Shown in pieces: positions 10,606 through 24,000 of a stretch of 64,000 bases of DNA; position 1 is the stretch's first letter, and every line of letters starts with the position of its first letter. This stretch comes from Styela clava (taxonomy: Eukaryota): positions 22,382,001 through 22,446,000 of the forward strand of contig NC_135256.1 of NCBI RefSeq assembly GCF_964204865.1, in the 5' to 3' direction. A program made the translations under genes and the position numbers. The notes beneath the pieces are model-generated. The model ran no database searches and was not told the DNA's origin. It worked only from the letters and a program-made list of their open reading frames with translations.

Positions 10606-12870
10606 CTAGGCTGTCTCCCGAAGTGTCGTTCAAGGCGATGAGGAAGCGAAGTTGCGTGAACGCGAGTTTGCATAGGCTGACACTGAAAAACATTGTTCAC
10701 TCCTCGACTACCAGAATTTGAAAACGTGCGATTAGGATTCCAGACGCAAATGTACTGTTTATACTAGGTCATTATATGTTTTTACAAATGAGTTTAGTAT
10801 TATGATCCTGATAATCGAAACCTAATATGTTTAAACTAAAGATGTAATATATCGTCTTGTCAACTTCTAAATAATTAGTAAAAAATTATCAAAATTTATT
10901 GCAAATATCGTAAACGCAATTTATCCGCTTGTAAGATCTTCCACATCACCTAGAGTTTTGCGCTTGCAATCTTGCGCAAAACGCGACGCAGAGGGAGAGA
11001 GTCTAGTAAGAGATAAATACACAGACATATACTGTTGATATGAAAACGAACAACTTATATGAGAGTGGCGTGGCATGTTACATCGAAAATCTATTCTCGA
11101 AAGCAGATCATGGATGCATTTCACCTGTATATGATTCTAAAGTATATTCGTCTGCTTTTGAAACTTGAAACGGTGTGTTGCTGATGCCCTCTGATCGGAA
11201 GAATAGCACAGTCGATGAAAACAAACTGAGCAAAAATAGACTCTTTATTTCAATTTATTATTTTTCGAATATTATAATGAGATGTTTGTTATATACTTTT
11301 TTTCTTTTAAATTGTGATATTATATTAGAACGAATATATTTCTCTGCTTCAGCCGTTTTTTTGAATTCGATTTCGGTTTATTTTATTTCCTATTTCACTT
11401 TTTATCTCCGATATGTATTTATACCCGATCTTCCCACGTTGTTTATGTCACTGAATTTTGGTATATATACACAACCAGGTCTGAGATAATTCGCACTGGG
11501 TCGTTCTACAAATTCCTAGATTCTACAAGTCAAATTTCAAAATGTGTATTAACTCTAAGCTCAAAATTTTTTTGAAACAAACTTATTTTTCAAACGAATA
11601 ATGAGTTATTTTTCATAAAAAAAAATTGATGATTGATTTTTCTTCAAAATTGCCACTGTGACACTTTCAATATTTCATCAAAAATTTAACAGAAATAATA
11701 TCGGTAAAATGTGAAAAGTCGCTCAACAATATTTGTCCTCATTTGAATGTCGAACCATCTTTCTGAAATATCGTTTTTAGAAGAAGAAAAAAAAAAACGA
11801 TTCAGAAAGAAAATAAAGAGCATCATTATTGATATTCACCACTGTACATCATGTTTCTTTCTTGTTAAAATACGTGTTGTGAACTTTCTTGATCATATAT
11901 ACGCCAATGATGATTTATCAACTTTGTGGGTTATCGCTGGTCCGTGTGTGATCAAGCAAAAGTTATCCAATTTGAGATTTATGCTTCGAATTCTTCAATG
12001 TTCTTGCTTTATTCGAGTTACTTATTTCTGTTTTATTATTTTATTCTATTCTATTTTTTGACTCCGGATTTCCTCACTCCCACATAAAGTGAAAAAACAG
12101 TGAAAAGTTGCCATTTTTGTAGTTTACTTGTACTAACACACACACAATTCAGCTTTTACACTTTATTAACACAATTTTCAGATCTTGGCCTATATAATTA
12201 GGAATATTGTAAAATTAATTTTGAATAAATATTCGAATATTTTAAATATAAAATCGAATAGTTCAACTAACAAAATTTGAAAGAAAAACACATGGCACAT
12301 GTCAAATTGTGTACTGTGGCATATTAAATAGTACCATTGAGTAATCAATGCGTGAATTGTATAAAAAATTCACTTCAAACTGAAGGTGTCTTTCTAAAAC
12401 TGTTCGGAAATGGCACTTCATTCATTGTTTTCTGTACGAACACATGGATAGAGATCATTATATATACTTTGCCACAAGTAAAAGCAATCCTGGATATCTT
12501 CGCTTATGAGATCAATTCCGTCTTAAGTACATAATTCACATTCAATTCGACACGAAAATTTTATACAATATTTCGACTTTAGAAAAATATTCTCAATAGC
12601 TCGCATCTATTTTGATATTGTTGGTTCGTTACACATAGTATTTAATTTAACAATTTTCTAGTAATGGTTATTATTTTTTCGTGCCGTCCATTTCAACGTA
12701 TATCATTTTAAAAATACACCCTGTTAAGTCGGGCTGGTAGTGAGATGCTACGGCCACCCTTTTTAGCATAGATCTTTGCTAAATTTTGAGTAATATTTGC
12801 GATGAATAAATTCTGTTATTAATATCTATTGATTAATATTATTATTATTATTTACGTTGCAATAAACTGA
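10606..12870 (+). other. Putative long, highly structured 3' UTR of the PDE gene
   Basis: Follows the stop codon and contains a series of stem-loops with + strand G-U pairs. AATAAA occurs at 11812, 12224, 12805 and 12861. The 3' end is inferred. Confidence 0.5.
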
Positions 12871-14193
12871 AAGTTCTATAAGCACCAAGGAAGTGTTGAG
12901 TAATTTTTCACTATGTTGTCCACATTCTCTAAAATATTAGAGGTTATCAATTTAGTCTCATTTCTATACGAATACCAACAGAAAAACCTTAACCCTATGT
13001 GTTTTCGCACTAGTGATTAGAGTGTCCGTCCCGGGTTCACCCAAACCTGAAAACCAAAGTCCTGAAGCACTTTTCGTACCAAAACCAGGGTTTTAGTTAC
13101 AATATAAAGTCGATACTATTTGCTGTCTTCCCACCAAAGGTTCGAAAAATTATGAACGGTTAGTAAATTTAAAGTTGTGAAGGCAGAGTTCCGGACCGAA
13201 AGTACCAACGTGCAATGTCGTAACTAGAGCGTCAGGGCGTGTGTTTTAGATAAGAAAATGATAAACGAGTGCTTAGACTCTGCAAATTGGGTCTGGATTT
13301 AACAGAAATAATATGCGTTTTACGTGGAAATTCACCACAACCAATTGCTCCAGCGCAGTTGCTTTGTTTTTATGTTCATTCAAATTCTCGAAAGCATTCT
13401 TATTCTTTAATTTAAGCAGTAAAATACGGTCCAAAATACACTCATTTAATGCAAAAACCGAAACTCAGATTTCAAAATATACCCGAATATATTGGTTTAT
13501 AGACGTACAAATATGCATTTTTATATGTCAAGTAAGATCAGTTGCTGATGCTGTGCTTTGATCATATTGTACCATCCCGGCTTCCTCAGTCAATTAATAA
13601 GAGCAGTAATGCCACAGCCAGAAGCTTTTTTAGATAATGTGGTCTTTCTAGTATCAACGAGTTGTTTAGTGAAATAACTATTTTAAATCTGATTTGAAAT
13701 TTAACTCGAACAATATATTTGAAACACACATCCCTATACTAGTAGAGTTAAGTCACTTAGTTGACGTTAGAACTGGAAGATCAATGATAACTTTCACTTC
13801 AAATCCCTCAAATAAAAATGTAATGTACGCTAATTTTCATTCTGTTTCTGATATTAGATAAAAAAAAATTCCCAAAATATGACATTGAAAAAAAAGTTGC
13901 AGATGAGGTTTACTTACCATAGTTGTTGACAAATCGAACACCAACTGCAACTTCATTTCTCTGTGGAAATCAACTCTATGGCGACTTCTGTGGACATTGT
14001 GCTTCTTGAAAATTATGCGCTAGCTAATCCGAATATAGCCGCCATTGCCTCGGAAGTATAAAATTAAGAGTATAATTTTTTTAGAAACTAATTTCAACCA
14101 ATAATTTTTTAACGGTTTTGTGGTATTTTAGAGTCAAGCACCCCTTACCAGCATGCAAGATCTGATTTGAGATTGTTCTCGGGTGAGAGCGCG

Positions 14194-16039
14194 CTCTTTG
14201 AACCCTGAAAGCCGCTAAACCGGCTTTCCCGAGAAAGTCTTCTGACGCTGAAAGCCGGTTTAGCGGCTTTCGCATCCCGTAAGAGGTATGCAACTTTGAA
14301 ACCTCATATCTCGCGAACCATTTATTATATTTAGACAAGTTTTACATCGTGTGGAAGATAATCTACAGGACTAAGTATAATTTCAAAATTGAGATAAAAT
14401 ATTGTGATCATCTTATAAAAATTGGCAAAATTAAAAAGCATAAAAAACTTCTGAAAATTGCTCAAATCTAATTGACAAAACTTAAATTTGTTTTCGATTA
14501 AACCTAGTACATTATCGACAAAATTTGTAGAATTTGAAGATAGCTTTCCAGTGATACCATTAGATTGAACTTATGTTGCACCATTCAAATTTTAGAAGCA
14601 TTTTTATTCGTGATTTTGTTTGTCGCAAGATCGAGGCGACGTCAAGGTGACGTAAATAACGACCTAACACATTTACGCCGTTACGCAGCGACGTTAAGCA
14701 ATTACGTTGGCACGTTTACGTTTCATACGAGAAACACTTTTCCTCGCATGCTCGTAACGTCATTTACTTAAGTTCGTATTCGTGAAGCGACTTACGACTT
14801 GTAAACGATACACGGGGAAATTTACGCATTACATCGGTTCGACTAAAACACACAATACGCAGTGTTATTGCCGTTTTAATTGCATAAAGATATGGAAAAT
14901 ACGAATAGCCAAAATAAGGATTTTTAAAAACAGAATGATGGAACATATCGATGGATGCATTGTTTAGCGCCATTGCTGAGTTTTATTGTGCCATATTTTC
15001 TTCTTCCGATAGATGAATACTATCCAATATTTCATCTGGACAAAGCTTTCGTTTAAAATCCATTGTAAATATAGCGATATCAGGAATGTAGCGTATATGC
15101 AGTAATTTCGAAAATCTAATGAGGCTGCAAAATGTAAAACACTGACCAAGTGAGCTACTGGTGCCACCATGTCTTCCGTGTACCCGTTATCAGTTTTTTT
15201 TTATTCAATCTTCATGATATCCAACGGTGAATAATTAGCCTTTATGTTTCCGGCGTAAATTAAAAATAAAATACCTCATAAATTCATGAGGATCAAATAT
15301 TTCGTTTTGGCCATTCATTTTCGTCCCATATCCAAATAGTAAACGTATATAAAATGGCCTTTATATTCTAGCAATTTTACTATGTTCGATCAAAATTCGT
15401 CTGAAAGGGTTTTATCTGCGGCCGAGGATATGATACTAATGCAATGAAGACACAATCTGCACTCAAGCTGTGAACGACCAGATGTGCAATTGCGCAATAT
15501 ACCTCACGCAAAGAGTTACGCACGATACGTCGCATGAACGTTATCACGACAATGTCGTCGTCGCCCTTTGCGTCCTTACGCAAACTTGGCGTCAAATAGT
15601 TGATAAATTTTGTTCGCAAACCATTTGAATCGATAGTACAAATTCTGCAATAAAATGAGTTATGCGTATGTTAACAAAGTCATACGTATATTCTCCGAAA
15701 GGTAATTTTGTATACTTTTCAAAATTGTACTTATATTGATGATACATTTCTAAGAAATGTATTAAATATTACCAAAATACAAAAAAATTGTAGATGGGGC
15801 TACAAATAGGCTTACACATCTCATCAAAACATCTCGTGAAAAATAATGCCAGTTAAAAATAAAAGACTAGATAAGCTTTTATATGATATATTACAGACCA
15901 TCTGATATCTAATGGTTTAGAAGTTATTTTGATTTAAAATTAGGGATATTACAATTTTTTAACGCGTCAAATCGATGCGACGCCGTGGGAGGTCAGGGTG
16001 AGAGAGTAGCATCGTTCTGGGGATTCAGAGTTCAAAGAG
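14194..16039. mobile_element. Non-autonomous piggyBac-like DNA transposon (about 1.85 kb)
   Basis: TIRs ctctttgaaccctgaa / ttcagagttcaaagag (15 of 16 match). TTAA follows the right end but is absent on the left. There is a perfect 22-bp subterminal inverted repeat and no ORF. Confidence 0.6.
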
Positions 16040-17579
16040 TTAAAGTAAATTTCAAAAAAACTAAAAACAGGAAAGGAACGCAACTATATGTATAATCTAC
16101 CGCCATGTAAACATGCAGCGTTCGCTGAATCACGAGCTTTCAAAAATCAACCAACGAAAACTTGCAGTTGGGGAAGTTGTTTTCCAAATTTGTCGTGAAG
16201 AGTGGTCCTTACGAAGAGCGAATATTATGAAAGTATTTTACCTCAAAAATACTCTATATTCTAGTCTAAATGGTTGAAGCGATCGGCCTATCAGCTAAAG
16301 AGAGCATTGATCAAATGTATGGACATGGAGGCTAAAACTGAGTAGTATCGAATCTCTTACAATGCCGTAGTCTTCCTAATCATGAATTCGACTTCACCTC
16401 AAGATTGATGAAATGCGATCGCGGAACCGCCACTAATGCGCAATTATTAATTTAATGACGTCATCACAGAAAACTTCAAACTGGAAAAACGCATCGCATA
16501 GAACCCACAGAAATTTTTGAAAAAATAAAACTAATAGCTTTTTAGCGACAGAAAGACGACAATAGCAAGAATAGCAAAAACAGAAAGAAGAATACCAGAA
16601 GGAATACAAAGAACAACAACAACATTTTTAATCGAAGGAAAACAATAACAGATATTGTTTACCTTTAATCAAATCAAACCACCCAATAGCCCTTTTGCGA
16701 TATCTCCTAACTACTTTAAGTGCTGGAAATTTAAGTCGATAGGTCCATTTGTTGCAGAGAAAAGCGGATTTTTCCCAGCAACAAAAACAGACGTAATTTC
16801 AACAACATCATCAGCAACAATTCAACGAAACGATATATTCATACTTGACAGTCTGTATAGGCCTGTGTTCGCGACTCAAACGATGGCCAAACGTTATGCA
16901 TATGATAAAATCGAAACCAACATCAATAAAGCATACATGCAAATGGTGGTCACAACGATATGCTAGATTTTAAATGATTTACCAAAATTGGAATTTTAAA
17001 TTTATAAACGACAACGAATTATTAAATTTTGCGTAGCGAAAAGACGTAGAAGCACAAAAATAAACTTCAAATCGGAAACAAGTTGAATTACCGGAAATTG
17101 TTGAGAGTTACGAGCAGTTGGTACCGCAAATTATGAATTACGTTTACACTTGGTAAAATGAGGTTATAAGTGAGGTGAAAATGTTATGATTATTATTATG
17201 GAAAATGAAGCAAATTTGTGTTTCATAAGCTAAAATTTTCACTAAGCGACTAAACTATAAGAGTGTTCGCTGCTAATAAGTAAGCAATATTATTTAGAAA
17301 TGAAAGACTGGCTGCGAAGCTGTGTGGCGAGCATTTACTTTTGCTCGGCGTTGCTTGAAGCGTGGGGTTAGTTAAGTATAACTTATTTCATGGAATCCTT
17401 TAAAAATATAAATATATAAAATTAATAATCATTTAATTCGACAATCTTGAACGAGATGTCATTTCTTAATCAAGAAGTCATGCGTTCTTTCAGTTAAACT
17501 TATCAATGTAGAATAGAACAGCATCTATATTTATCCAATTTGTAAGAGATGATTTCATTCGGACGTGTTACAACAAATT

Positions 17580-17644
17580 ACTTCAAATTTGCATTGTCGA
17601 GGTTCGAGGATCAGCAGAGAAAGTCGTCTCCGTTTCTACAGATA
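17580..17644 (+). other. Candidate non-coding first exon of the MAM gene
   Basis: Donor ATA|gtgagt at 17645 lies upstream of the strong acceptor (tttttttgtag, 17891) that precedes the ATG. The start coordinate is approximate. Confidence 0.35.
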
Positions 17645-17908
17645 GTGAGTAATTCGTCCATTTGCAACATAAGCGACTAAATTGATGTTCAGAACTCTGT
17701 GTTGAATCACTCGTTAAAGAAAGATCGACTTACGTAATGTTAATAGTACAGTACAGAAGATATTAGTATACTATACTCAGACATAGCTGGGCAGGATTAC
17801 TATTACTCTATAGTACTTGAATTTTGTTTATAATATCACCTAATCAGGCGTTGTTTAAAATAATATCAACAATTTCATTTTTTTTTTGTAGGAAAGTAAT
17901 TAATTACG

Positions 17909-18050
17909 ATGTATTTTATATTCTGGTTATTGAACCTGCTTGTCACTCTATTCCACATCACAGGGGTAACATCAATTAGGCTGGTAGACTTTAACGAAAC
18001 CGGCCTAGCAAGAGGAGCAGTGCCTACAGTCAGCAGTACTTCAACGACAG
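17909..18050 (+). CDS. MAM gene coding exon 1 (signal peptide)
   Basis: Acceptor at 17891, ATG at 17909, hydrophobic leader, donor ACA G|gttatt. Confidence 0.75.
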
Positions 18051-21000
18051 GTTATTAGCTTTCATTATTAATTCGTGAGACATCACATCGTGGAATTTGA
18101 TTTAATCTTATGGTGCTCAAAATGACGTTTCGTTAACGTTTTATTCACAAGATGCAATGAGTAGCTATAGACGAAGTAGAAATTCACCATTCAAAGTGTT
18201 GGTTTTCCCGATTTGTGTTTGTCATAAAGTGTTAAACATATATCATAGAAACGTTCAAACATGCTTCATTTGTTTCAAGGGAAATATTTTGTCGATTTCA
18301 AACTGGGTCAACATTAGTCACACCCTTGACGCATCTTATATATACATAATTGTTATGCATAACACGAAGTTTAAACACGGATCAATAATGTGGTGTTGGC
18401 ACACACGTTATAATTGATATTGGAATATTCGTTTCACTTTATTGGACACTATATGGACCACTTTTCTCATAAATTACTGAACCAATTGCTTTTTCAATTA
18501 CTAAGATTGTATCGCTACATCATCGCAAGAAGGCTATTAATTTTAGGTTTTTCTAAAATATTCAGGTGCTCTACGGGAGTCGCATTTTGTGTGTGATGAC
18601 GTCAACAGAATTTAAACTTGCGCATCTTGTAGCGATTTCGCGTTCGCGTAATGGCCAGGCAAAAATGCTAAAAGTGGGGTAGTCTACTGTGACAAAAACA
18701 TATCCGTACTACTTCGTTTTGGCTTTCGTGTCCAAATATTCGAGCATCATCTCTCCTGTATCACACAACATTATGATAATCGCTTTTCGATGTTTTATTG
18801 AAAGAAAAGTTTACTTTTGGTGAAATGGCATCTCAAAATAATTTTGTAGAATAACAAAACGAGCCATACGTTACATAATTCTATTTTGCTTTTCAGTTAA
18901 ATGGCCAGATGACGTAGCATGCGATTTTGATTCTTACACAACTTGTGGTTGGGGTCAAGTTTTATTCAGTGATGATTTTGACTGGAAATTAGGAGAAGGT
19001 AAAGATTCCCACAGAAAGAATAGAAGAAGAGGTGGAAGAACGGGAACTAAAGATGATCACGGCGGAGGTATTATATCCATTAAAAAGACATAAAACACAA
19101 GTTGCATTCGACTGCACAGTGGTAAAACACCCACAAGCTCGATTACGTGCGCATAGTAATTAGGCTAGGTTCATAGGAAATGTTCATACATCTTTATAAA
19201 TCTGTCACCAATGAAGCGCTACTAATATAAACGACCCCATCTTTAACTGGAATGTGTCAGTACTATCCTTTGATATCTACTCTACGTTACATAACGGCAT
19301 TGGAACCGTTCAATGAGGACGATATTACTATAAATCAGTTATACACTAATCCTCAAGTAAAAATTGTTTACAGATTACTTTTAGATTACACGTCCCTTTG
19401 TGAAAAGAATACCCACCGTTCAGATTGCAAGAACGGGCTGAAAACTGCGATACTTAGATTTTTTGCGATTCTAGTACTTTACCTCCATGTCACCTCCATG
19501 ATTGAAAATATCCAACCCAACCGTTTCCGCGTTTTTGTACCTGAGTTCAGCATCAAACTGGACTTGAATATATTGCAAATGCTGATAGTCAATGAAACGA
19601 AACGCAGTGACCCGACTCACGTCAAAACAAAAAGTCCAGCGGACCGGGTAATCAGGTCCTGTGAAGTAATAATAATTGATAATAAAAATATAATATGTAC
19701 AATCACAAAATGCAATCAATCAATTGTTTATTTCACAACACAAAGTACGAAGCACGGATAAGATGATTAAAAAAAGAAACTTACGATCAAAGTAATTTAG
19801 TTTGGTTGATTTGATGTCAAAAGCTAGATGTAGTACTTTACATTTTCTTATAGATGGGGGATATATGTACATCAAAGCAGGAAGATGGAACAACCGAACA
19901 GCTAAACTCCGTACACTCCCGTTCGACCTTAACCAAGATGGCTGTTTTAAATTTTGGTACCATATGAGAGGTAAGATTCATCCAATAAAAATGGTAGAGG
20001 TATCGACAGGCTTGTCCATGGGACATATTTTTCTGTCCCATTCCCAACCCATAGCAGGTATGCCTGTCCCATTCCATCTTATCCCATGGGGTTCCCATTG
20101 AAATAAAATTCAATAAAAATTGTTAAATTTGGGTTTAGCGTCTACTAAATAGGACTACATGTACGAATAGACATGTAAAACAAAAACAAAAAAATTACGG
20201 ACTTTGTTAACTTGATATTCATAACTAATATACATGTGTCCATCAGCCTCTTCACGAAGTATATTGTTAAGGCTGAATATATTTTGATCTTTGTAACTAA
20301 AAAGAGAGCTATGCTCAAATATATGAACACGAAGTCCATAACAAAATGTTTCACCATCATTTCTTGAGAATCATACTTTTTTCGTGTCCCATGGAAAATA
20401 CAGATGTGTGCAGTCCCATCTCATCCCATTCCATTGAACGTTTCTTATGGACAAGCCAGGATATCGACCGGGAATGTTTTTGGGAATGAATTTGGCTATC
20501 ATTTGGGTATATTTGGCAATCAAAAAGTGGACAGCAAAATAAAGCCATTAAAAGCATAGCGGCCATAGCAGACATTACTGGGATTCAAACCTTTGGAAAT
20601 TGGTCTACGTTCTCGCTGTAGAAAGACTCAGTTTTCAGCCCAGTTATCTTTAACCTGTAGGCGTTAAATGATTATTTATTATCAAATATCTATATAAAAA
20701 AAAAAAAGAAACGAAGGCGAAGGCGAAGATACATAAAAAAAGGACCGTGCGATAAGGTGCATGTTTACACTTGGAATTTGTTCATTGTGATGCTATTAAT
20801 ATTGACTGGTCAATGTGCTTTTCCGATGTCGTATGGTGACCACCATAATTTTACATTTGTTCACCCCCCCCCCCCCATTGCCATATTTAGTAAAAAAAAT
20901 ATCTTGAACTTGATTACAACCAACATGGTTTATAGCAGAGGTTTTGAGCTGCCGGCCAACTGAATGGTCCCGATCCTTTTAGTTTTTGTCGGTTCCCGAT

Positions 21001-24000
21001 GATTGCTCATATTTAGAAGAATGCCGGATACATTAGCGCGTAAAATGTCGACTATGAATAGGCTTACCATAAACAAATGATGCAAAAAAACGGGACAGTT
21101 ATTAAAATATTCTATATCGGCCCTTTCTTCAATTGATGAAAATCTTTCTTACCTCATCAGAAGACTTGTACTTTGTTTTAGGAATTTTGATAATTTAATA
21201 ACGGTAATACAGTTGGGTGTTAAACTATCGTACGGTTTATATTTCATATCATAACTATGACATAACAATTTCTCTCTATATCTAAACTAGTTAAGTGAGT
21301 TGATAATGAATGGTAAATCTACTCTCTTGCTAGGAAAAGTTTGTATGAATATCAAATAAAAAATATATTCCTGACTGCCATACTGCATAACCAGGATATT
21401 TATGTCTACCGGTGGGGCGGCAGGACAACTTGTTTAAATCGGGACTATGAGTACTAATTATGATTTTGGTTTATGCTCTTTTTCCGTGACCAAAGAGACA
21501 AACTTGTTGTAACCCTAAACGTTATATCATATGTATACATAAACTGGTTGCCAAGTTTGTGCTCACAGTCTCTATAAAGTGAGAACATAATTGTACAATG
21601 TATTGTTCATGCAGGTAGACACATGGGACATCTTAAACTCTATGAAATAGATTTTAATCCGTCCAAGTTAAAACTGCCAGATATATCAAGTTTTCGCATA
21701 AGATGGGAATTATATGGATCTCAAGGTGGATTGTGGCAACAAGGCGCAGTAAGTCTTTTCATATACGTGATAATATATATTTTGTCGAGCATCATGTGCG
21801 TTGATAATTACCCTTTATTGAAATTCATACCAGTTATTTTTGAATATTACAATACATACGCTATTTCTTTGATGATGTAGTCTGCGTCCACATAACAGGA
21901 GCAGTGGTAAATGAAACAGCTACTGGCACGAAACAAAGTACTGTGGGCGATAAGACTGTGCTATGTCGAGTCGTCTATTTTTTAAGACAAACCAGAATGT
22001 CAGCGCGTCTTCTGCACGGTGGAAAAGATGAGAACACAAATAACCCTGAATTTTGCAAAATTGCGCAGTAATTCTATATCAGATAAAATGAGAGGATGGA
22101 CTTTGGTGTCGGCAGGAATACTGGGGGCTCTCTCGTTTTCGAGCAAATAAAGCATTTATATCATATATTTAGACAATTTGTGGTCATGTGTATAATATAT
22201 ATAGTAAGTAGTAAGTAAGTCTTCAATGCAAAAATCTCATTAAGGGAAGGAGAGTGCACGAATGGTTACAAAGTCCATTAATTAATATATGTAATGTTTA
22301 CACTTAATTTCTCCGTCAAACCGCGAAAGTTTAGGTGAAAAGGGCAAATTTACCAAGTTACGCGAACTCGTGACATTGTGTTGTTTGTCAAATATCATGT
22401 GACTTTTATGGAGAAAGAAAACTTTCGGAAGTCTTTGAGTCAATTATCATAAAAGAATAATCACAACATATCTTAACTACCGAAAAGCTTTATGATATAG
22501 TTGTGTGCTTCAGAAACACAATATTTTAAAAGTGAAAATGTTGCCATTATGTAAAAGACAGATAGTAAAAAAAATCCGTTATGTGAGCTTGGCAAGATAT
22601 AGCACTCCATGATGTCTCCTTCTGATTCCTGTAATAAATTCATATAGTTAATAAATATAATATTTCTATATCTAAACAACAGGTCGCCATAAAACCACCA
22701 AAACTTTCAAATATGAGGAAAATTTTGATGTTTGAAGCTTTTGACTGGGACAAAGGACCAAGTGGGAACATAGTACTGGATGATATCACCTTTGATCCTC
22801 TGAATAATCCTAGCGACTGCGCTTGTAAGTGAACTCGAATTAGAAAATGTCTGTTTTATCCTATCATCTAATGCTGACAGAATTCAGCATGAGTGAGTTA
22901 TTCTGCGCCGTTGAAATAATTATTTTGTAGCACGATTTTGTATTAAGAGTAAATATTATTTAGAGTGATTTCAGTTGAGGGTGATACATAAACATGTCGT
23001 TGTTTGAATGAACTCTATGACGGAAGGCAATACTGGGCTATAGTCATTTATTGCTCACAATACCCGCACGTACGCGTAGAACTTGATCTTTTCAATTGCT
23101 ACGTTAAATACGATCCACTTAAACATAACTGTCACTATATGTACTTGATGTACGGTATATCTAAAGAAGTACAAAGGACGCTATTCTGATCCCGTTGTCA
23201 CTAGAATCATATGCATTATTCATCGAGCAATAGTCATATTAACATGATTAATAATATATATTATAAATGACTAATGCATATATGCCATGAAAAGTAGTAA
23301 CTTCAGCGTATCGTGTCGTAGTTTTATTAGAATAACGTTTCCGATTGTTACTTATGTAATGGCGCTTCAGCCAAATGTACCCTGACATTGTGCTGAAAAT
23401 TAAATGAATAATAAATTAAAGAGTTGTCTTTCAAAATATAATTTTATGATAATACATTAAGATGAAATATCTTCTTTTTTACAGTTTCTCCATCTGAAGC
23501 AGCTCCTCCTGTTAAGGGAACTACGACAACTTTCACTACTAAAGCAATGACAACAACACCTATAATCAATAGTGAAAAAATGTCAACTGCGAAGCAATTT
23601 TCTGCAACAACAGATTTAACTGATAGTTACAAACCTGGAGTTTCTTATTTGCCAACTTTTATCAATAGTTCAGGAACTTTGAGAACGTTTTTACAGACAA
23701 ATTCTGTCCCACAATCAAACAAAACAAGAACTTTCGTTGCGAATTCAACTCAATCTACTACGATAATTGAACCATTTACTGCATCAGATTACTCGGTTTC
23801 TGCAGAACAGAGCACGATAACAGATCTACAAACAAACATTTCCATATCTCTGCCGAGTGGCGGACTTTCAACAAAACATTCCAAAAATATTTCGGTTGTT
23901 GGAGCTGCTGTTGGAATAGTTATTGGCATTCTTGTTCTTGTGGCAGCAACATTGTGCTTCTTGAGAAATCAAAAACGCCGCAGATTTAATTATTACGACA

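Noticed and set aside
11900-11945. SECIS-like AUGA...AA in the 3' UTR hairpin (UGA read as selenocysteine)
   Set aside because: There is no GA on the 3' arm to form the quartet, and no selenoprotein context.
19252-19761. 169-aa ORF in a MAM intron
   Set aside because: No motifs, and the flanking MAM exons join perfectly without it.
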